64,000 nt of DNA from Actinomycetota bacterium (GTDB lineage: Bacteria; Actinomycetota; Geothermincolia; Fen-727; Anoxymicrobiaceae). The position numbers were made by a program, and so were the translations under genes. Numbering within the stretch: the stretch's first letter is position 1; each line of letters opens with the position of its first letter. The notes beneath the pieces are model-generated. The model saw nothing but the letters and a program-made list of their open reading frames with translations, did not search any database and had not been told where the DNA came from. The DNA is taken from contig JAHIMR010000072.1 in the NCBI GenBank assembly GCA_018896525.1, forward strand, positions 32,718 through 96,717, in the 5' to 3' direction. Shown here piece by piece: positions 18,047-30,044 of the stretch.

Positions 18047-18262
18047 TCCTTGCTGGACAAGTATTACGGTGACATCCGCGTTATTTCCGCTATCTGTTCC
18101 AGCAGTAATCGTAGCATATCCGTACGAAATCGGCCTTCAGAGGGTGGTTATCCGGTGCTTGAACGGATTGAACTCCCAGGGTGGCGGGATTACAATCAGG
18201 AGCAAGGGGTTCCGTGTTAAGCACAGGTCCCCTTTGATTAATCTCCTACGGGGGTAAGAACG

Positions 18263-20245
18263 TTGCCCGATCTCAAGACGCATACCATTTTCACCCCGCA
18301 GGGGGACCAGCCGGGGGCCATTGACGGGCTGGTGGAAGGAGTGCGGAACGGTGAGCGTTACCAGGTCCTGCTGGGGGTCACCGGGTCCGGCAAGACGTTC
18401 ACCATGGCCAAGGTGATAGAGCGCATGGGGATGTCTACCCTGGTGCTGGCACCCAACAAGACGCTGGCCGCCCAGCTCTACTCGGAGTTCAGGGATTTCT
18501 TCCCGGCGAACGCTGTGGAGTACTTCGTGAGCTACTACGACTACTATCAGCCGGAGGCGTACCTGCCCAGCACCGACACCTACATCGAGAAGGACTCCTC
18601 CATAAACGACGAGATAGACAGGTTGAGGCATGGTGCCACCAGCGCGCTTCTCTCCCGGGATGACGTCATAATCGTGGCATCGGTGTCGTGCATCTTCGGC
18701 CTGGGCTCACCGGACGAGTACCTGAACAGGATGGTGATGGTCGAGGCGGGGAGGGAGTACGAGCGGGAGGCACTACTGGAGAAACTGGTGGACGTCCACT
18801 ACAAGCGAAACGATTACGCTCCCCAGCGGGGAGCGTTCAGGGCGCGGGGGGACGTCATCGACGTTTTCCCGGCATACACCGAGCGGATGATACGGATAGA
18901 GATGTTCGACGACCTGGTGGAGAGGATAACCGAGCTGGACCCACTTACCGGCGAGATCCGGGGGGCGCTGGAGCGTGTGGTGATATGGCCGGCGACCCAC
19001 TTCCTGACCCCCTCGGACAAGCTCATTGGGGCGGTCGAGGCGATCCAGGAGGAGCTGGAGGAGCGCCTGGGCGTGTTGAAAGCACAGGGGAAGCTGTTGG
19101 AGGCCCAGCGTCTGAAGTCGCGCACGCGCTACGACCTGGAGATGATATCCGCGGTGGGGTACTGCCAGGGGATAGAGAATTACAGCCGCTACCTCTCGGG
19201 CAGGCGGGAGGGCGAGCCGCCGCACACCCTCATTGATTTCTTCGGTCCGGGGTTTCTCACGTTCATTGACGAGTCTCACATAACCGTTCCCCAGCTTGCC
19301 GGGATGTACAATGGCGACCGGTCGCGTAAGGAGACGCTGGTTGAGCACGGTTTCAGGCTGCCCTCCGCGCTGGACAATCGTCCCCTGACACGGGAAGAGT
19401 TTTTCGAGAAGGTGGGGCCGGTGGTTTTCGTGAGCGCAACGCCGGCCGACTGGGAGATGGACAGGAGCACAAGGGTACTCCAGCAGGTAATAAGGCCCAC
19501 CGGGCTTGTCGATCCGGAGGTGGAGGTAAGGGATGCCGAAGGACAGATAGACGATCTTATAGCCGAGATACAGGAGAGGGTCCAGCGCGATGAGCGGGTG
19601 CTGGTGACCACACTTACCAAGAGGATGTCCGAGAGTCTGTCGGAGTACCTTGTGGAGATGGGGGTGCGCACCAGGTACCTCCACTCCGAGATAGGTACCG
19701 TAGAGAGGGTGAAGATACTGAAGGCCCTGCGGGCGGGGGAGTTCGACGTGCTGGTGGGAATAAACCTGCTCCGTGAGGGGCTGGACCTCCCGGAGGTCTC
19801 CCTGGTCGCGATACTGGACGCGGACAAGCAGGGCTTCCTGCGCAGCAAGAGGTCCCTGGTGCAGACGATGGGGAGGGCCAGCAGGAACGTGAGCGGCAAG
19901 GTGCTGCTGTACGCGCAGCAGTACTCAAATGCGATGGAGGGCGCGATTCGTGAAACGCGGAGGCGGAGGAGCATTCAGCTCGAGTTCAACCGAGAGCACG
20001 GGATAACCCCGGAGTCGATTAGTAAGGACGTGCGCGATCTTCTGGAGGTCGCGAACGGTGCCGGTGGGTCCGGGGAGGCGAAACTGCTTGACAAGGCCCG
20101 CGGCCTTCAGAAAGCTGAACTGGAGAGGCTGCTGCTCAACCTGGAGGAGGAGATGAGAGTGCTGGCCGAGGAGCTTCGCTTCGAGGAGGCGGCCCGGCTC
20201 AGGGACGAGATAGAGCGGATCAGTGAGGAGTTGATGCCGTCGTGA
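18263..20245 (+). CDS. uvrB: Excinuclease ABC subunit B
   Basis: Helicase motifs ([24 protein letters not shown]), a beta-hairpin region and a C-terminal UvrC-interaction coiled coil. TTG start. Confidence 0.95.
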   Translation: MPDLKTHTIFTPQGDQPGAIDGLVEGVRNGERYQVLLGVTGSGKTFTMAKVIERMGMSTLVLAPNKTLAAQLYSEFRDFFPANAVEYFVSYYDYYQPEAYLPSTDTYIEKDSSINDEIDRLRHGATSALLSRDDVIIVASVSCIFGLGSPDEYLNRMVMVEAGREYEREALLEKLVDVHYKRNDYAPQRGAFRARGDVIDVFPAYTERMIRIEMFDDLVERITELDPLTGEIRGALERVVIWPATHFLTPSDKLIGAVEAIQEELEERLGVLKAQGKLLEAQRLKSRTRYDLEMISAVGYCQGIENYSRYLSGRREGEPPHTLIDFFGPGFLTFIDESHITVPQLAGMYNGDRSRKETLVEHGFRLPSALDNRPLTREEFFEKVGPVVFVSATPADWEMDRSTRVLQQVIRPTGLVDPEVEVRDAEGQIDDLIAEIQERVQRDERVLVTTLTKRMSESLSEYLVEMGVRTRYLHSEIGTVERVKILKALRAGEFDVLVGINLLREGLDLPEVSLVAILDADKQGFLRSKRSLVQTMGRASRNVSGKVLLYAQQYSNAMEGAIRETRRRRSIQLEFNREHGITPESISKDVRDLLEVANGAGGSGEAKLLDKARGLQKAELERLLLNLEEEMRVLAEELRFEEAARLRDEIERISEELMPS

Positions 20246-23085
20246 GCGACGGTTTTATAAGGATACGTGGGGCCAGAGAGCACAACCTGAAAAACGTAAG
20301 AGTGGACATTCCCCGCAACAGGATGACGGTGATGACCGGCATTAGCGGCTCGGGGAAGTCCTCGCTGGCGTTCGACACCATATACGCGGAAGGCCAGCGT
20401 CGGTACGTGGAGTCCCTTTCCTCCTATGCCAGGCAGTTCCTTGGGCAACTCGACAAACCTGACGTGGATCTCATCGAGGGGCTGTCGCCCGCGATATCAA
20501 TAGACCAGAAAGGGGGGACCACAAACCCCAGGTCCACCGTGGGAACGGTCACCGAGATATATGACTACCTGCGGGTGCTTTACGCCCGGGTGGGTGTCCC
20601 TCACTGCCATAAGTGCGGACGCATCGTCTCCCGGCAGACACCCCAGCAGATAACCGACCGGATACTGTCCCTTGAGGAAGGAAAGCGGATCCTTCTGCTG
20701 GCTCCGCTGGTAATGGGCAGGAAGGGCGAACACATCGCGGTGCTGGAGGGCCTGCGGCAGAGGGGCTACGTTCGGGTCATGGTGAACGGGGAGGTCCGGG
20801 ACCTTTCCGAGGACATCACTCTGGAAAAGAACAGGAAACACGAGATACTCGCGGTGGTTGACCGCCTGGTGATCAAGGACGGTTCCGTGACCCGTGTTGC
20901 CGAGTCGGTGGAGGCGGCGCTCCACCTTGGCGAAGGGATGGTGGCGGTACAGGAAGAGAACGGGGTGAGAGAGGTTTTCTCCGAGGAGTTCGCCTGCGTT
21001 CAATGCTCGGTGAGCCTGCCCGAGATGTCTCCCAGGATGTTCTCGTTCAACAGTCCGTACGGCGCCTGTAGGGTGTGCGACGGGTTGGGCTACCGGCAGG
21101 AGATCGACCCTGAACTGGTGGTTCCCGACGGGAGCCGCACTCTCCTGGAGGGTGCTATTGCCCCGTGGGAAGCGGCTACCCAGACGTACTTCTACGCGAC
21201 AATGGAAGCGCTGGCCGATTCGTACCACTTCAGACTTACCGATCCGTTCGAAAGCCTTCATGAGGACGTGAAGCAACTGGTTCTCTTCGGGTCGGGAGAC
21301 GAGGAGGTGCGGGTGACCCACCTGGACCGGCGAAACAGGAAGAGGACGTTCTACACCCGGTACGAGGGGGTCATACCGACCCTGGAGCGCAGGTACCGGG
21401 AAACTGAGTCGGAGTTATCAAGGCACCGCATCGGGACGTTCATGAGTGTGAAGCCGTGCCCTGATTGTGGGGGTAACAGGCTGCGGCCGGAAAGCCTGGC
21501 GGTGACGGTGGGGGGGTTTTCCATCGGGGAACTGTGCGCACTCACCATCGGGAAGGTGGCGGAGGCGATCAAGGGGTTCGAACTGGACGAGAGGCAGAGG
21601 AGTATCGCCAACAGGCTGGTAAAGGAACTGCTGGGGAGGATACATTTTCTCCAGGACGTGGGCCTTGATTACCTCACCCTGTCACGATACGCGAATACCC
21701 TTGCCGGGGGCGAGTCCCAGAGGATACGGCTGGCGACCCAGATCGGCTCGGGGCTGGTGGGGGTGGTCTATATCCTGGACGAGCCAAGCGTCGGCCTCCA
21801 CAAGAGGGACAACAAGCGGTTGCTGGCAACCCTGGCCAGGTTGCGGGACGCGGGTAACACCGTGATAGTGGTGGAGCATGACGAGGACACGATGAGGGAA
21901 GCGGACCACCTGGTGGATATCGGCCCCGGGGCCGGTATCCATGGGGGGAAGATAGTGGCTACCGGTTCGATCGATGACCTGATAGCAACCAGGAAATCCA
22001 TAACCGGCCGTTACCTGGCGGGGGAGTTGGAGATACCGGTCCCACCCATTAGAAGGCATGTAGGGAAGAGCGTTATCGTCAGGGGAGCCGAGGAGCACAA
22101 CCTCAAGCGGATAGACGTTGGATTCCCGCTGGGCACTTTCACCTGCGTCACCGGGGTGAGCGGGTCGGGGAAGAGTACCCTGGTGAGAGAGATACTGTAT
22201 CGAGCGCTGAAGAGAAAGCTGTCGTCGTCCAGGGTTCCACCGGGCCGTCACGTCGGCCTGGAGGGGGCTGAGCAGATAGACAAGGTGGTAAACATCGACC
22301 AATCGCCGATAGGGAGGACCCCACGGTCCAACGCGGCGACCTACACCAAGCTGTTTGACGGCATCCGGACCCTGTTTGCCAGCACCCCCCAGGCAAAGGT
22401 CAGGGGGTATAAGGGGGGGAGATTCAGCTTCAACGTTCGCGGGGGCAGGTGTGACGCCTGCAGGGGAGAGGGGATGGTAAAGATAGAGATGCACTTCCTC
22501 CCCGACGTCTACATCACCTGTGACGTGTGCAAGGGCAGGCGGTACAACCGGGAGACCCTGGAGATACGGTACAAGGGAAAGACCATACACGAGGTCCTGG
22601 AGATGACCGCCCTGGAGGCGATGTCTCACTTCAAGAACATCCCCACCATAAACCGTCAACTCCGGATACTTGCCGACGTGGGGCTGGGTTACATCCGGCT
22701 GGGGCAGCCCGCGCCGACGCTTTCCGGGGGCGAGGCGCAGAGGGTCAAGCTGGCCAGGGAACTGGCGAAGAGGTCTACCGGGAAGACGCTGTACCTGCTT
22801 GACGAGCCCACCACCGGCCTGCACTTCGATGACATAAGCAAGCTGATACAGGTTCTGGACAGGCTGGTGGAGGACGGGAACACGGTGGTAGTGGTCGAGC
22901 ACAACCTGGACGTCATCAAGGTGGCGGATTACGTGATCGACCTGGGGCCGGAGGGAGGCGACAGGGGGGGCATGCTGGTAGCCAGCGGAACCCCGGAGGA
23001 GGTCGCCCGTAACTCACGGTCTTACACCGGGAAGTACCTGAAAAAGGTCCTGGCGGGACACCGGAAGGCGGCCGGGAAACGGTGA
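20242..23085 (+). CDS. uvrA: Excinuclease ABC subunit A
   Basis: Two ABC ATPase modules ([14 protein letters not shown] and [11 protein letters not shown]), LSGGE signatures and zinc-finger Cys clusters. GTG start overlapping the uvrB stop. Confidence 0.95.
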   Translation: MSDGFIRIRGAREHNLKNVRVDIPRNRMTVMTGISGSGKSSLAFDTIYAEGQRRYVESLSSYARQFLGQLDKPDVDLIEGLSPAISIDQKGGTTNPRSTVGTVTEIYDYLRVLYARVGVPHCHKCGRIVSRQTPQQITDRILSLEEGKRILLLAPLVMGRKGEHIAVLEGLRQRGYVRVMVNGEVRDLSEDITLEKNRKHEILAVVDRLVIKDGSVTRVAESVEAALHLGEGMVAVQEENGVREVFSEEFACVQCSVSLPEMSPRMFSFNSPYGACRVCDGLGYRQEIDPELVVPDGSRTLLEGAIAPWEAATQTYFYATMEALADSYHFRLTDPFESLHEDVKQLVLFGSGDEEVRVTHLDRRNRKRTFYTRYEGVIPTLERRYRETESELSRHRIGTFMSVKPCPDCGGNRLRPESLAVTVGGFSIGELCALTIGKVAEAIKGFELDERQRSIANRLVKELLGRIHFLQDVGLDYLTLSRYANTLAGGESQRIRLATQIGSGLVGVVYILDEPSVGLHKRDNKRLLATLARLRDAGNTVIVVEHDEDTMREADHLVDIGPGAGIHGGKIVATGSIDDLIATRKSITGRYLAGELEIPVPPIRRHVGKSVIVRGAEEHNLKRIDVGFPLGTFTCVTGVSGSGKSTLVREILYRALKRKLSSSRVPPGRHVGLEGAEQIDKVVNIDQSPIGRTPRSNAATYTKLFDGIRTLFASTPQAKVRGYKGGRFSFNVRGGRCDACRGEGMVKIEMHFLPDVYITCDVCKGRRYNRETLEIRYKGKTIHEVLEMTALEAMSHFKNIPTINRQLRILADVGLGYIRLGQPAPTLSGGEAQRVKLARELAKRSTGKTLYLLDEPTTGLHFDDISKLIQVLDRLVEDGNTVVVVEHNLDVIKVADYVIDLGPEGGDRGGMLVASGTPEEVARNSRSYTGKYLKKVLAGHRKAAGKR

Positions 23086-24983
23086 GAAAAGGGATCGAGG
23101 CCAGGTTGAAGGCGTTACCCGACGTCCCGGGCGTCTATGTTTTTCGAGACGGGGAAGGCAGGGTCATATACGTCGGTAAGGCCAGGTCACTGCGTGACAG
23201 GGTGAGGTCTTACTTCCGGGGACCGGCCGCCGGCGATTACAAGGGTGAAGCGCTCAGGGGTGAGATCTCGGACCTGGAGGTTACCGTCTGTGACAGCGAG
23301 GTCGATGCGCTCATCCTCGAGGAAACGCTGATCAAGAGGCATCAGCCGCGCTTCAACGTCTTGTTGAAGGACGACAAGAGCTATCCCTTCATCGCGGTCA
23401 CCGTCTCCGACGAGTTCCCCCGTGTGATGTTGTTCAGGGGAAAGCGAAAGCGAGGGGTAAAGTATTACGGACCTTACGTGAGCGCGGGGGCCGCCAGGAG
23501 AACGATGCGCCTGCTGGAGAGGATATTTCCGCTCCGGCACTGCCGGGGAAAGGACCCGGGGAAGAGTGGTGGATCACCGTGTCTGTACAGGGACATGGGC
23601 CTCTGCCTTGGGCCGTGCACCGGCGACGTGGACCCCGGCGAGTACGGGCGTTACGTGGAGATGTTCACCGATTTTCTGGAGGGGAGGCACCGGGACGTGT
23701 TGCGGGACCTGGATGCCCGCATGTGGGAGGCCTCGCGCAAACAGGAGTACGAGAGGGCCGCCCGGATCCGCAACCAGATACAGTCGGCCGAGGAGGTCCT
23801 GGCGCACCGCCGATCGGTATCCTCCTCGAGTGGCGACTACGATGTCATCGGCGTGCATACCGACAGGGAGCGGGCCTGCTTCTCGGTGGCCAGGAACAGG
23901 GGCGGCTTTCATATAGGGAACCTCTGCTTCTTTAACGAACTGCCGGGCGATACCGGGGACGGGGAACTGGTATGCGAGTTCGTGAAGCGATACTACGGCC
24001 GGTCCGATTCGATACCGGAGCAGATACTGGTCCCTGAAGTGGCGGAGGATGAAGCCGCGTTGAGCCAGTGGCTGTCGATAATGAGGGGCGCCAGGGCGGT
24101 AATCAGGGTGCCGGAAAGGGGCCCGAAGATGGGAGAGCTCTCCCTGGCGGAGGCGAACGCCAGGGTCGCCCTGGAGGGCGCCGATATTACCAGGGCCGGG
24201 GACAGGGAGCGTATTGAGGCGGCGCTCTCGGAGCTTGCCGAGGGACTTGGTCTATCCCGGTTTCCCTTGAGGATAGAGTGCTACGACATATCCACGATGG
24301 GGGGGGCCGCCTCCGTCGGGTCAATGGTGCTGTTCGTGGAAGGCTTCCCGGCAAGGCGCGCTTATAGAAGGTACCGCATCAAGTTCACCCCGGGCATCGA
24401 TGACGTGGGAATGATGAAAGAGGTCCTGTACCGCAGGTTCAAGAGGTTTGGCAGTGAGAGTGTGGAGGACGGCGACAGTGAAGTGGAAAAGGAATCAACG
24501 CTGGGGGAAAAGCCGGACCTGGTTCTGCTGGATGGTGGGGTGGGACAGCTCGGAGCGGGACGGGAAGTCCTGGATGACCTGGGAATCGAGGGTGTGGACA
24601 TCGCCGCCCTTGCCAAGAGGTTCGAAGAGGTATATCGCCCGGGTCGCCCGGAGCCGGTGCTGCTTCCCAGGGGGTCTGAGGCGCTCTTTCTTCTCCAGCG
24701 TATAAGAGACGAGGCGCATCGCGTGGCGGTGAGCTACCACCGGTCGCTTATGGAGAAGGCGACCGCGGACTCGTGGCTGGACCAGGTGGCGGGCGTGGGG
24801 CCGGCAAGAAAAAAGAGATTGGTGAGGCACTTCGGATCCCCCGGAAAAGTGAGCAGGGCGTCCCTGGAGGAGTTGGAATCGGCGGGCATCCCCGCGAAAG
24901 TGGCGGAAGCGGTGTTCGAGGCGGCCCGGAGCCTCGAGAGGGAGAGAAATGACGCAGTGGTGCCTGGCACCGGTGGTGCATAA
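23082..24983 (+). CDS. uvrC: Excinuclease ABC subunit C
   Basis: GIY-YIG N-terminus ([22 protein letters not shown]), UvrBC-binding and RNase H-like endonuclease domains, and C-terminal HhH. Its last ~11 codons are formed by a palindromic repeat element. Confidence 0.93.
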   Translation: MRKGIEARLKALPDVPGVYVFRDGEGRVIYVGKARSLRDRVRSYFRGPAAGDYKGEALRGEISDLEVTVCDSEVDALILEETLIKRHQPRFNVLLKDDKSYPFIAVTVSDEFPRVMLFRGKRKRGVKYYGPYVSAGAARRTMRLLERIFPLRHCRGKDPGKSGGSPCLYRDMGLCLGPCTGDVDPGEYGRYVEMFTDFLEGRHRDVLRDLDARMWEASRKQEYERAARIRNQIQSAEEVLAHRRSVSSSSGDYDVIGVHTDRERACFSVARNRGGFHIGNLCFFNELPGDTGDGELVCEFVKRYYGRSDSIPEQILVPEVAEDEAALSQWLSIMRGARAVIRVPERGPKMGELSLAEANARVALEGADITRAGDRERIEAALSELAEGLGLSRFPLRIECYDISTMGGAASVGSMVLFVEGFPARRAYRRYRIKFTPGIDDVGMMKEVLYRRFKRFGSESVEDGDSEVEKESTLGEKPDLVLLDGGVGQLGAGREVLDDLGIEGVDIAALAKRFEEVYRPGRPEPVLLPRGSEALFLLQRIRDEAHRVAVSYHRSLMEKATADSWLDQVAGVGPARKKRLVRHFGSPGKVSRASLEELESAGIPAKVAEAVFEAARSLERERNDAVVPGTGGA

Positions 24984-25016
24984 TGACGCAGTGGTGCCAG
25001 GCACCGGTGGCGCATT
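24948..25016. repeat. Tandem pair of degenerate palindromic-family elements (AATGACGCAGTGGTGCCWGGCACCGGTGGYGCAT x2) spanning the uvrC stop codon
   Basis: Direct 34-bp duplication read in sequence. It shares the GGTGCCWGGCACC core and AATGACGCA left arm with the 43742 and 56995 palindromes. The first copy encodes the uvrC C-terminus. Confidence 0.7.
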
Positions 25017-25069
25017 ATGTAACGTGCGGGGTCGTCTGCTGATATAGTTATGGCGTTGGGCCCCAACGG

Positions 25070-25936
25070 ATGGAGAAGGCAATGGAGATAGTAATAATAA
25101 CGGGGATGTCGGGTGCCGGAAAGACCGAGGCGCTGAAATGTCTCGAGGATATCGGTTACTACGCGATAGACAACCTGCCGGCCTCCCTTCTGGTGAAGAT
25201 CGCCGACATAGGATCGGCTGGTGCGAAGTTCGAGCGGGTCGCGCTGGTGACCGACGTGCGAGCGGGGAAGTCTTTTGAAGACCTGTTCAAGGCGCTTGAC
25301 GAACTGGAGGCCAAGGGTGTCCATAACACCATACTGTTTCTGGACGCGTCTGACGAAACGCTTGTCAGGAGGTTCTCAGAGACCAGGCGCATTCACCCCA
25401 TGGAAAGCGAAAACCTGCGGGTGGTGGACACGATATCAGAGGAACGAAAGGTGCTCGATACGCTGAGGGAACGCGCGGACCTGATAATAGACACCTCACA
25501 TATGAACATCTACCAGCTTCGGGAAAAGCTGGGCGAGTTGGTCGGGCCGTCCACCACACCGTCGGTCAACCTGACGGTGGTGTCGTTCGGCTTCAAATAC
25601 GGGCACCCGCGGGACGCGGACATCATCATAGATGCACGTTTCATACCGAACCCTTACTGGGTGGAGGGATTGCGTGACCTTGACGGGCTGGACCCGGCGG
25701 TATGTGAGTACGTCCTGAAACAGGGTGAGGTCGAGGAGTTTCTGGAAGGATTCGTCGAACTGATCGAACTCGTTTCACCCGGCTATCGGCGCGAGAAGAG
25801 GGCTTACCTGACCATTGGGGTGGGGTGTACCGGTGGGCGCCATCGTTCGGTGGTAGTTGCCGATGAGCTTGCGCGGAGGTTTATCGAAAAGGGGAACCGG
25901 GTATCGGTTTTCCACCGCGACATAGGCAAGAGATGA
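25070..25936 (+). CDS. rapZ: RNase adapter protein RapZ (YvcJ), P-loop NTPase
   Basis: GMSGAGKTEALK Walker A and full-length RapZ similarity. RBS GATGGAGAAGG. Confidence 0.9.
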   Translation: MEKAMEIVIITGMSGAGKTEALKCLEDIGYYAIDNLPASLLVKIADIGSAGAKFERVALVTDVRAGKSFEDLFKALDELEAKGVHNTILFLDASDETLVRRFSETRRIHPMESENLRVVDTISEERKVLDTLRERADLIIDTSHMNIYQLREKLGELVGPSTTPSVNLTVVSFGFKYGHPRDADIIIDARFIPNPYWVEGLRDLDGLDPAVCEYVLKQGEVEEFLEGFVELIELVSPGYRREKRAYLTIGVGCTGGRHRSVVVADELARRFIEKGNRVSVFHRDIGKR

Positions 25937-26907
25937 CATCAGCGGTACAGAAGGTCAAAGAGGAAATCGCGCACCACCGGTCGAGCCGCCGGTGTTGCCA
26001 GCTGGCTGAGCTATCCGCCCTGCTTCACATGGACGGCACCTACAGTATAAGGGGCGGTGGGAGGCACGTGCTGGTAACGGATAGCGCGGGGGTGAATACG
26101 GCCAGGAAGATATACACGTTGCTTCACACCCTGTTCGAGGTGGAAACACCGGTGATCAAGATACAGCGGAGTTCCCCGCGACACCAGAACGTCTATCGCC
26201 TGGAGTTCGAGGAACAGCCGGGGTTTCACCAGGTGCTGAACGAGCTGGGCGTTCTTGACAATAGGTTGTCTCCGGAACACGCACTGCCGGTTAGACTCAC
26301 CCGCAACGATTGCTGCGCCGCCGCCGCTCTCAGGGGAGCGTTCCTGGGAGGTGGATACATAAGCGAGTCGTACAAGCCCGCCGACCTTGAGATATCGGTA
26401 TTCTCTAGAGACGCCGCACTGTCGCTGGAGGCGCTGTTCATCAGAAAATCGCTCGAACCAGGCATCAGGGCAAGGCGGGGCCATTGGGTTCTCTACCTGA
26501 AGAAAAGGACGTCGATATCCGCGTTCCTGGCCATAGTCGGCGCACACCAAGCGCACTTGCAGTGGGAAAGCCAGGGTATCATGAGGAGTACCAGGAACTG
26601 CGTGAACAGGCTGGTCAACTGTGACGCGGCCAACGCCCGGAGGCTTGCAGAGGCATCGACCCGGCAACGTGAGGTGGTGAACGAACTCATCACGCTCGGG
26701 ATCCTGGGTGGCGCGGACCCCGTGCTGGTGGAACTGGCCGAGACGCGCCTGCGTTACCCACAGGCATCGCTGGCGGAGCTCGGTAAACTGCTCGATCCTC
26801 CGGCTTCAAAGCCATGCGTACAGGGCAGAATGCGCCGCCTGGAGTCACTCCTTCCAGCGGAGACGGCCTATAAGATTCTCACCCAGGCGGCATTTCTTCA
26901 GTTATAA
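25933..26907 (+). CDS. whiA: Sporulation/cell-division transcription regulator WhiA
   Basis: LAGLIDADG-like N-terminal domain and C-terminal HTH; ATGA overlap with the rapZ stop. No yvcK between rapZ and whiA. Confidence 0.9.
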   Translation: MTSAVQKVKEEIAHHRSSRRCCQLAELSALLHMDGTYSIRGGGRHVLVTDSAGVNTARKIYTLLHTLFEVETPVIKIQRSSPRHQNVYRLEFEEQPGFHQVLNELGVLDNRLSPEHALPVRLTRNDCCAAAALRGAFLGGGYISESYKPADLEISVFSRDAALSLEALFIRKSLEPGIRARRGHWVLYLKKRTSISAFLAIVGAHQAHLQWESQGIMRSTRNCVNRLVNCDAANARRLAEASTRQREVVNELITLGILGGADPVLVELAETRLRYPQASLAELGKLLDPPASKPCVQGRMRRLESLLPAETAYKILTQAAFLQL

Positions 26908-26949
26908 TAGCTGTGTATACAGTAGTTGGACGTGAAAGGAGTGGCGCTG

Positions 26950-27948
26950 ATGGCGGTAAGAATCGGAATAAATGGGTTTGGAAGGATAGGGCGTCTGGTT
27001 GCCCGAGTCGCAATTTCAGACCCCGGGATAGAGATAGCCGCGGTCAACGACCTGGCTGACGCGGAAACACTGGCCCACCTCTTCAAGTACGACTCGGTTC
27101 ATGGCACTTACGGCGGGGAAGTGAGCGGCGGTAACGGCAGATTGGTGGTTGACGGAACCGAGATCAACGTGCTGAGCGAGCGGGATCCCGCCGATCTCCC
27201 CTGGGAGGAGAATGGCGTGGAGGTAGTGGTTGAAGCGACCGGGCTATTTCGCAAGAAAGAACAGGCCTCCAGGCACCTGGCCGCCGGCGCCGGGAAGGTC
27301 ATAATAACGGCCCCCGCGCCCGATCCTGACATCACCGTTGTACTGGGGGTGAACGAGGATGCCATAGACCAGGATCGAGACAGGATAATATCCAACGCGT
27401 CATGCACGACAAACGCACTGGCTCCGGTGGTGAAGGTGCTCATGGACAGCTTTGGTGTTAAATCCGCCTTGATGACCACAGTTCACGCCTACACCAATGA
27501 CCAGGCACTGCTGGACGGTCCACATAAGGACCTGCGCCGGTCCCGGGCGGCCGCGATGTCTATCATCCCGACTTCCACCGGGGCCGCGAGGGCTACAGGG
27601 CTGGTTATTCCTGAGATGCAGGGCAAGATGGATGGAATGGCGATGAGGGTTCCCACGTTTGACGGTTCGGTGGTTGATTTAGTGGCAATCCTGGACCGCG
27701 AAGCAACCGTGGAGGAGGTTAACAGGGCGATCAGTGACGCGGCCGACAGGGGAGGGTTCAAGGGGATACTCGCCTACACGGAAGATCCTGTTGTAAGCAT
27801 AGACGTCGTAGGCAGTACCTACTCGTCGGTGTTTGATGCGGGAGCGACCATGGCCCTGGGAAAGATGGTGAAGGTTCTCACCTGGTATGACAACGAGTGG
27901 GGCTACTCCAACCGGGTCGTCGACCTCATCGGGTACATCTCCTCGTGA
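26950..27948 (+). CDS. gap: Glyceraldehyde-3-phosphate dehydrogenase (type I)
   Basis: INGFGRIGR NAD-binding motif and ASCTTNALAP active site. AAAGGAG RBS before ATG 26950. Confidence 0.95.
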   Translation: MAVRIGINGFGRIGRLVARVAISDPGIEIAAVNDLADAETLAHLFKYDSVHGTYGGEVSGGNGRLVVDGTEINVLSERDPADLPWEENGVEVVVEATGLFRKKEQASRHLAAGAGKVIITAPAPDPDITVVLGVNEDAIDQDRDRIISNASCTTNALAPVVKVLMDSFGVKSALMTTVHAYTNDQALLDGPHKDLRRSRAAAMSIIPTSTGAARATGLVIPEMQGKMDGMAMRVPTFDGSVVDLVAILDREATVEEVNRAISDAADRGGFKGILAYTEDPVVSIDVVGSTYSSVFDAGATMALGKMVKVLTWYDNEWGYSNRVVDLIGYISS

Positions 27949-27967
27949 TGTGTTGGTGGTTAAGAAG

Positions 27968-29152
27968 ATGATGAGTCTTCCAAGGAAAACCATCGAAGAT
28001 CTTGACGTTGACAACAAGAAGGTGCTGGTCAGGGTGGATTTCAACGTCCCCCTGGACAAGAACCGCAAAGTCGCCGACGATACAAGGATAAGAGGAGCCC
28101 TTCCCACTATCCAGTACCTGCTGGACCATGGCGCGAGGCCTATCCTGATGTCTCACCTCGGCCGCCCAAAAGGGCAGGTGGTTGAGAGCCTGCGGATGGA
28201 CCCGGTGGGGAAACGCCTGGCGGAACTCCTGGGTTACCCCGTACTTACCCTGAAGGAGAGCGTAGGCCCTCGCGTAAGAGAGGCGATAAAGAACAATCCG
28301 AACAAGGTCATACTTCTTGAGAACCTGCGGTTCTATGCCGGCGAGCGCGAGAACATGCCGGAGTTCGCCAGGCAGTTGGCCTCGCTGGCGGACATGTACG
28401 TGAACGACGCTTTCGGGACCAGTCATAGAGCCCACGCCTCGACGGCAGGGGTCAACGATTACCTTCCTTCAGCTGTGGGGTTCCTGATGGAGAAAGAGTT
28501 GCGGGTCCTGGGAGGGATACTGGAGGACCCGGCGCGACCGTTCGTGGTGGTGTTGGGGGGAAACAAGGTGTCGGACAAGCTAGGGGTGATCGATAGCTTC
28601 ATCGAGATTGCCGACACGATCCTCACCGGCGGCGGGATGTGCTTTACCATCATCAAGAGCATGGGCCTGGGGATAGGGCAGTCGGTTATCGAGGAAGACC
28701 AGTTGGAACAGGTGTCAGCGTCAATGAAAAAGGCCCGCAAGAAAGGGGTCAGGGTGATGGTTCCGGTGGATTTCGTCGTGGCGGACCGCTTTGACAAAGA
28801 CGCCAACAGGAAGCTGGTTCCTACCGAGGCGATACCCCCGGATTTCATAGGGCTGGATATCGGCCCGGCCACCGTGAAGAAGTACTGCCGGATAATTCAC
28901 GAAGCCGGGACGGTATTCTGGAACGGCCCGATGGGTGTCTTTGAGTGGCCCTCGTTTGCTCACGGCACCGAGAGCATAGCGGGGTGCATCGCGGACTCGA
29001 GCGCGACCACCGTAGTAGGCGGCGGCGACTCCGACGCGGCGCTCAGGCAGTTCGGGCTTGAGGAGAAGATGGACTTCGTTTCCACCGGCGGAGGGGCCGC
29101 CATGAGGTTGCTGGAAGGCAAGGAGTTGCCGGCGTTGGACGCGCTGTTGTAA
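27968..29152 (+). CDS. pgk: Phosphoglycerate kinase
   Basis: Start MMSLPRKTIEDLDV..., with RVDFNVPLD, GGGMCFT and GGGDS motifs. The ORF-track start at 27887 overlaps the gap stop; ATG 27968 is the likely start. Confidence 0.93.
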   Translation: MMSLPRKTIEDLDVDNKKVLVRVDFNVPLDKNRKVADDTRIRGALPTIQYLLDHGARPILMSHLGRPKGQVVESLRMDPVGKRLAELLGYPVLTLKESVGPRVREAIKNNPNKVILLENLRFYAGERENMPEFARQLASLADMYVNDAFGTSHRAHASTAGVNDYLPSAVGFLMEKELRVLGGILEDPARPFVVVLGGNKVSDKLGVIDSFIEIADTILTGGGMCFTIIKSMGLGIGQSVIEEDQLEQVSASMKKARKKGVRVMVPVDFVVADRFDKDANRKLVPTEAIPPDFIGLDIGPATVKKYCRIIHEAGTVFWNGPMGVFEWPSFAHGTESIAGCIADSSATTVVGGGDSDAALRQFGLEEKMDFVSTGGGAAMRLLEGKELPALDALL

Positions 29153-29184
29153 TAAGCAGGAACCGGTGAAAGGGGAGATAGACC

Positions 29185-29943
29185 GTGCGCAAACCGATAA
29201 TCGCGGGAAACTGGAAGATGAACGTGCTTCCCGGGCAGGCGGTCGAGCTGGTAAGGCGGCTGTGGGCGGATATCTCGGGGTACGACGCGGTGGAGGTTGT
29301 CGTTTGTCCTCCGTGCGTCGATCTGCCCGCGGTGTCAGAGTTCATGAGAAGCGGTGATATCCGGATCGGCCTGGGCGCTCAGAACATGCACTGGAAGGAG
29401 TCGGGGGCGTTCACCGGGGAGGTGTCCCCCACAATGCTGCTGGACCTCGGAGCAACGCACGTGATCATCGGGCACTCGGAGCGCAGGCAACTCTTCGGTG
29501 AAACAGACCAGGGGGTAAACCGAAAAGTAAAGTCCGCCCTGAGCTTCGGGCTGGTCCCGATAATGTGCGTTGGGGAAACGCTGAAGCAGAGGGAGGCCGG
29601 GGAAACTGAGGGTATCATTACCGGTCAGGTAAACTGCGGGCTGTTCGAGTTGGGGCCGGAAGAAGTGCCTACTGTTGTGGTCGCCTACGAACCGATTTGG
29701 GCTATAGGAACTGGAAAAGCGGCGACCGCGGGGGACGCGCAGGAAGTCACAGGAATGATCCGTTCGGTATTGAGCGGGCAGTTCGGGCAGCAGGCGGCGG
29801 AATCGGTACGAATCCAATACGGCGGTAGCGTGAAGCCGGATAACGTTTCCGAGATCATGTCGATGCCTGATATCGACGGAGCCCTGGTGGGAGGAGCCAG
29901 TCTGGAGGCCGACGTCTTTGCCCGGATAGTGAAGTTCTCCTGA
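29185..29943 (+). CDS. tpiA: Triosephosphate isomerase
   Basis: IAGNWKMN, IIGHSERR and AYEPIWAIGTG motifs; GTG start. Confidence 0.95.
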   Translation: MRKPIIAGNWKMNVLPGQAVELVRRLWADISGYDAVEVVVCPPCVDLPAVSEFMRSGDIRIGLGAQNMHWKESGAFTGEVSPTMLLDLGATHVIIGHSERRQLFGETDQGVNRKVKSALSFGLVPIMCVGETLKQREAGETEGIITGQVNCGLFELGPEEVPTVVVAYEPIWAIGTGKAATAGDAQEVTGMIRSVLSGQFGQQAAESVRIQYGGSVKPDNVSEIMSMPDIDGALVGGASLEADVFARIVKFS

Positions 29944-30044
29944 TGTCGCTTCTCGCGAAAAGGCAGGGTCCGGGTGTTACAGGTGAACGGTTGACCACGG
30001 CCCCGTTGCAATAAGAATGAGATGACCCTACAATTACTGTTGTT

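Noticed and set aside
18047-18262. LexA/Cheo SOS box upstream of uvrB
   Set aside because: Only half-site-like fragments (GAACGTTG, GAACGGATTGAAC) are present. There is no convincing palindromic CGAAC-N4-GTTCG or TCGAAC-N4-GTTCGA match.
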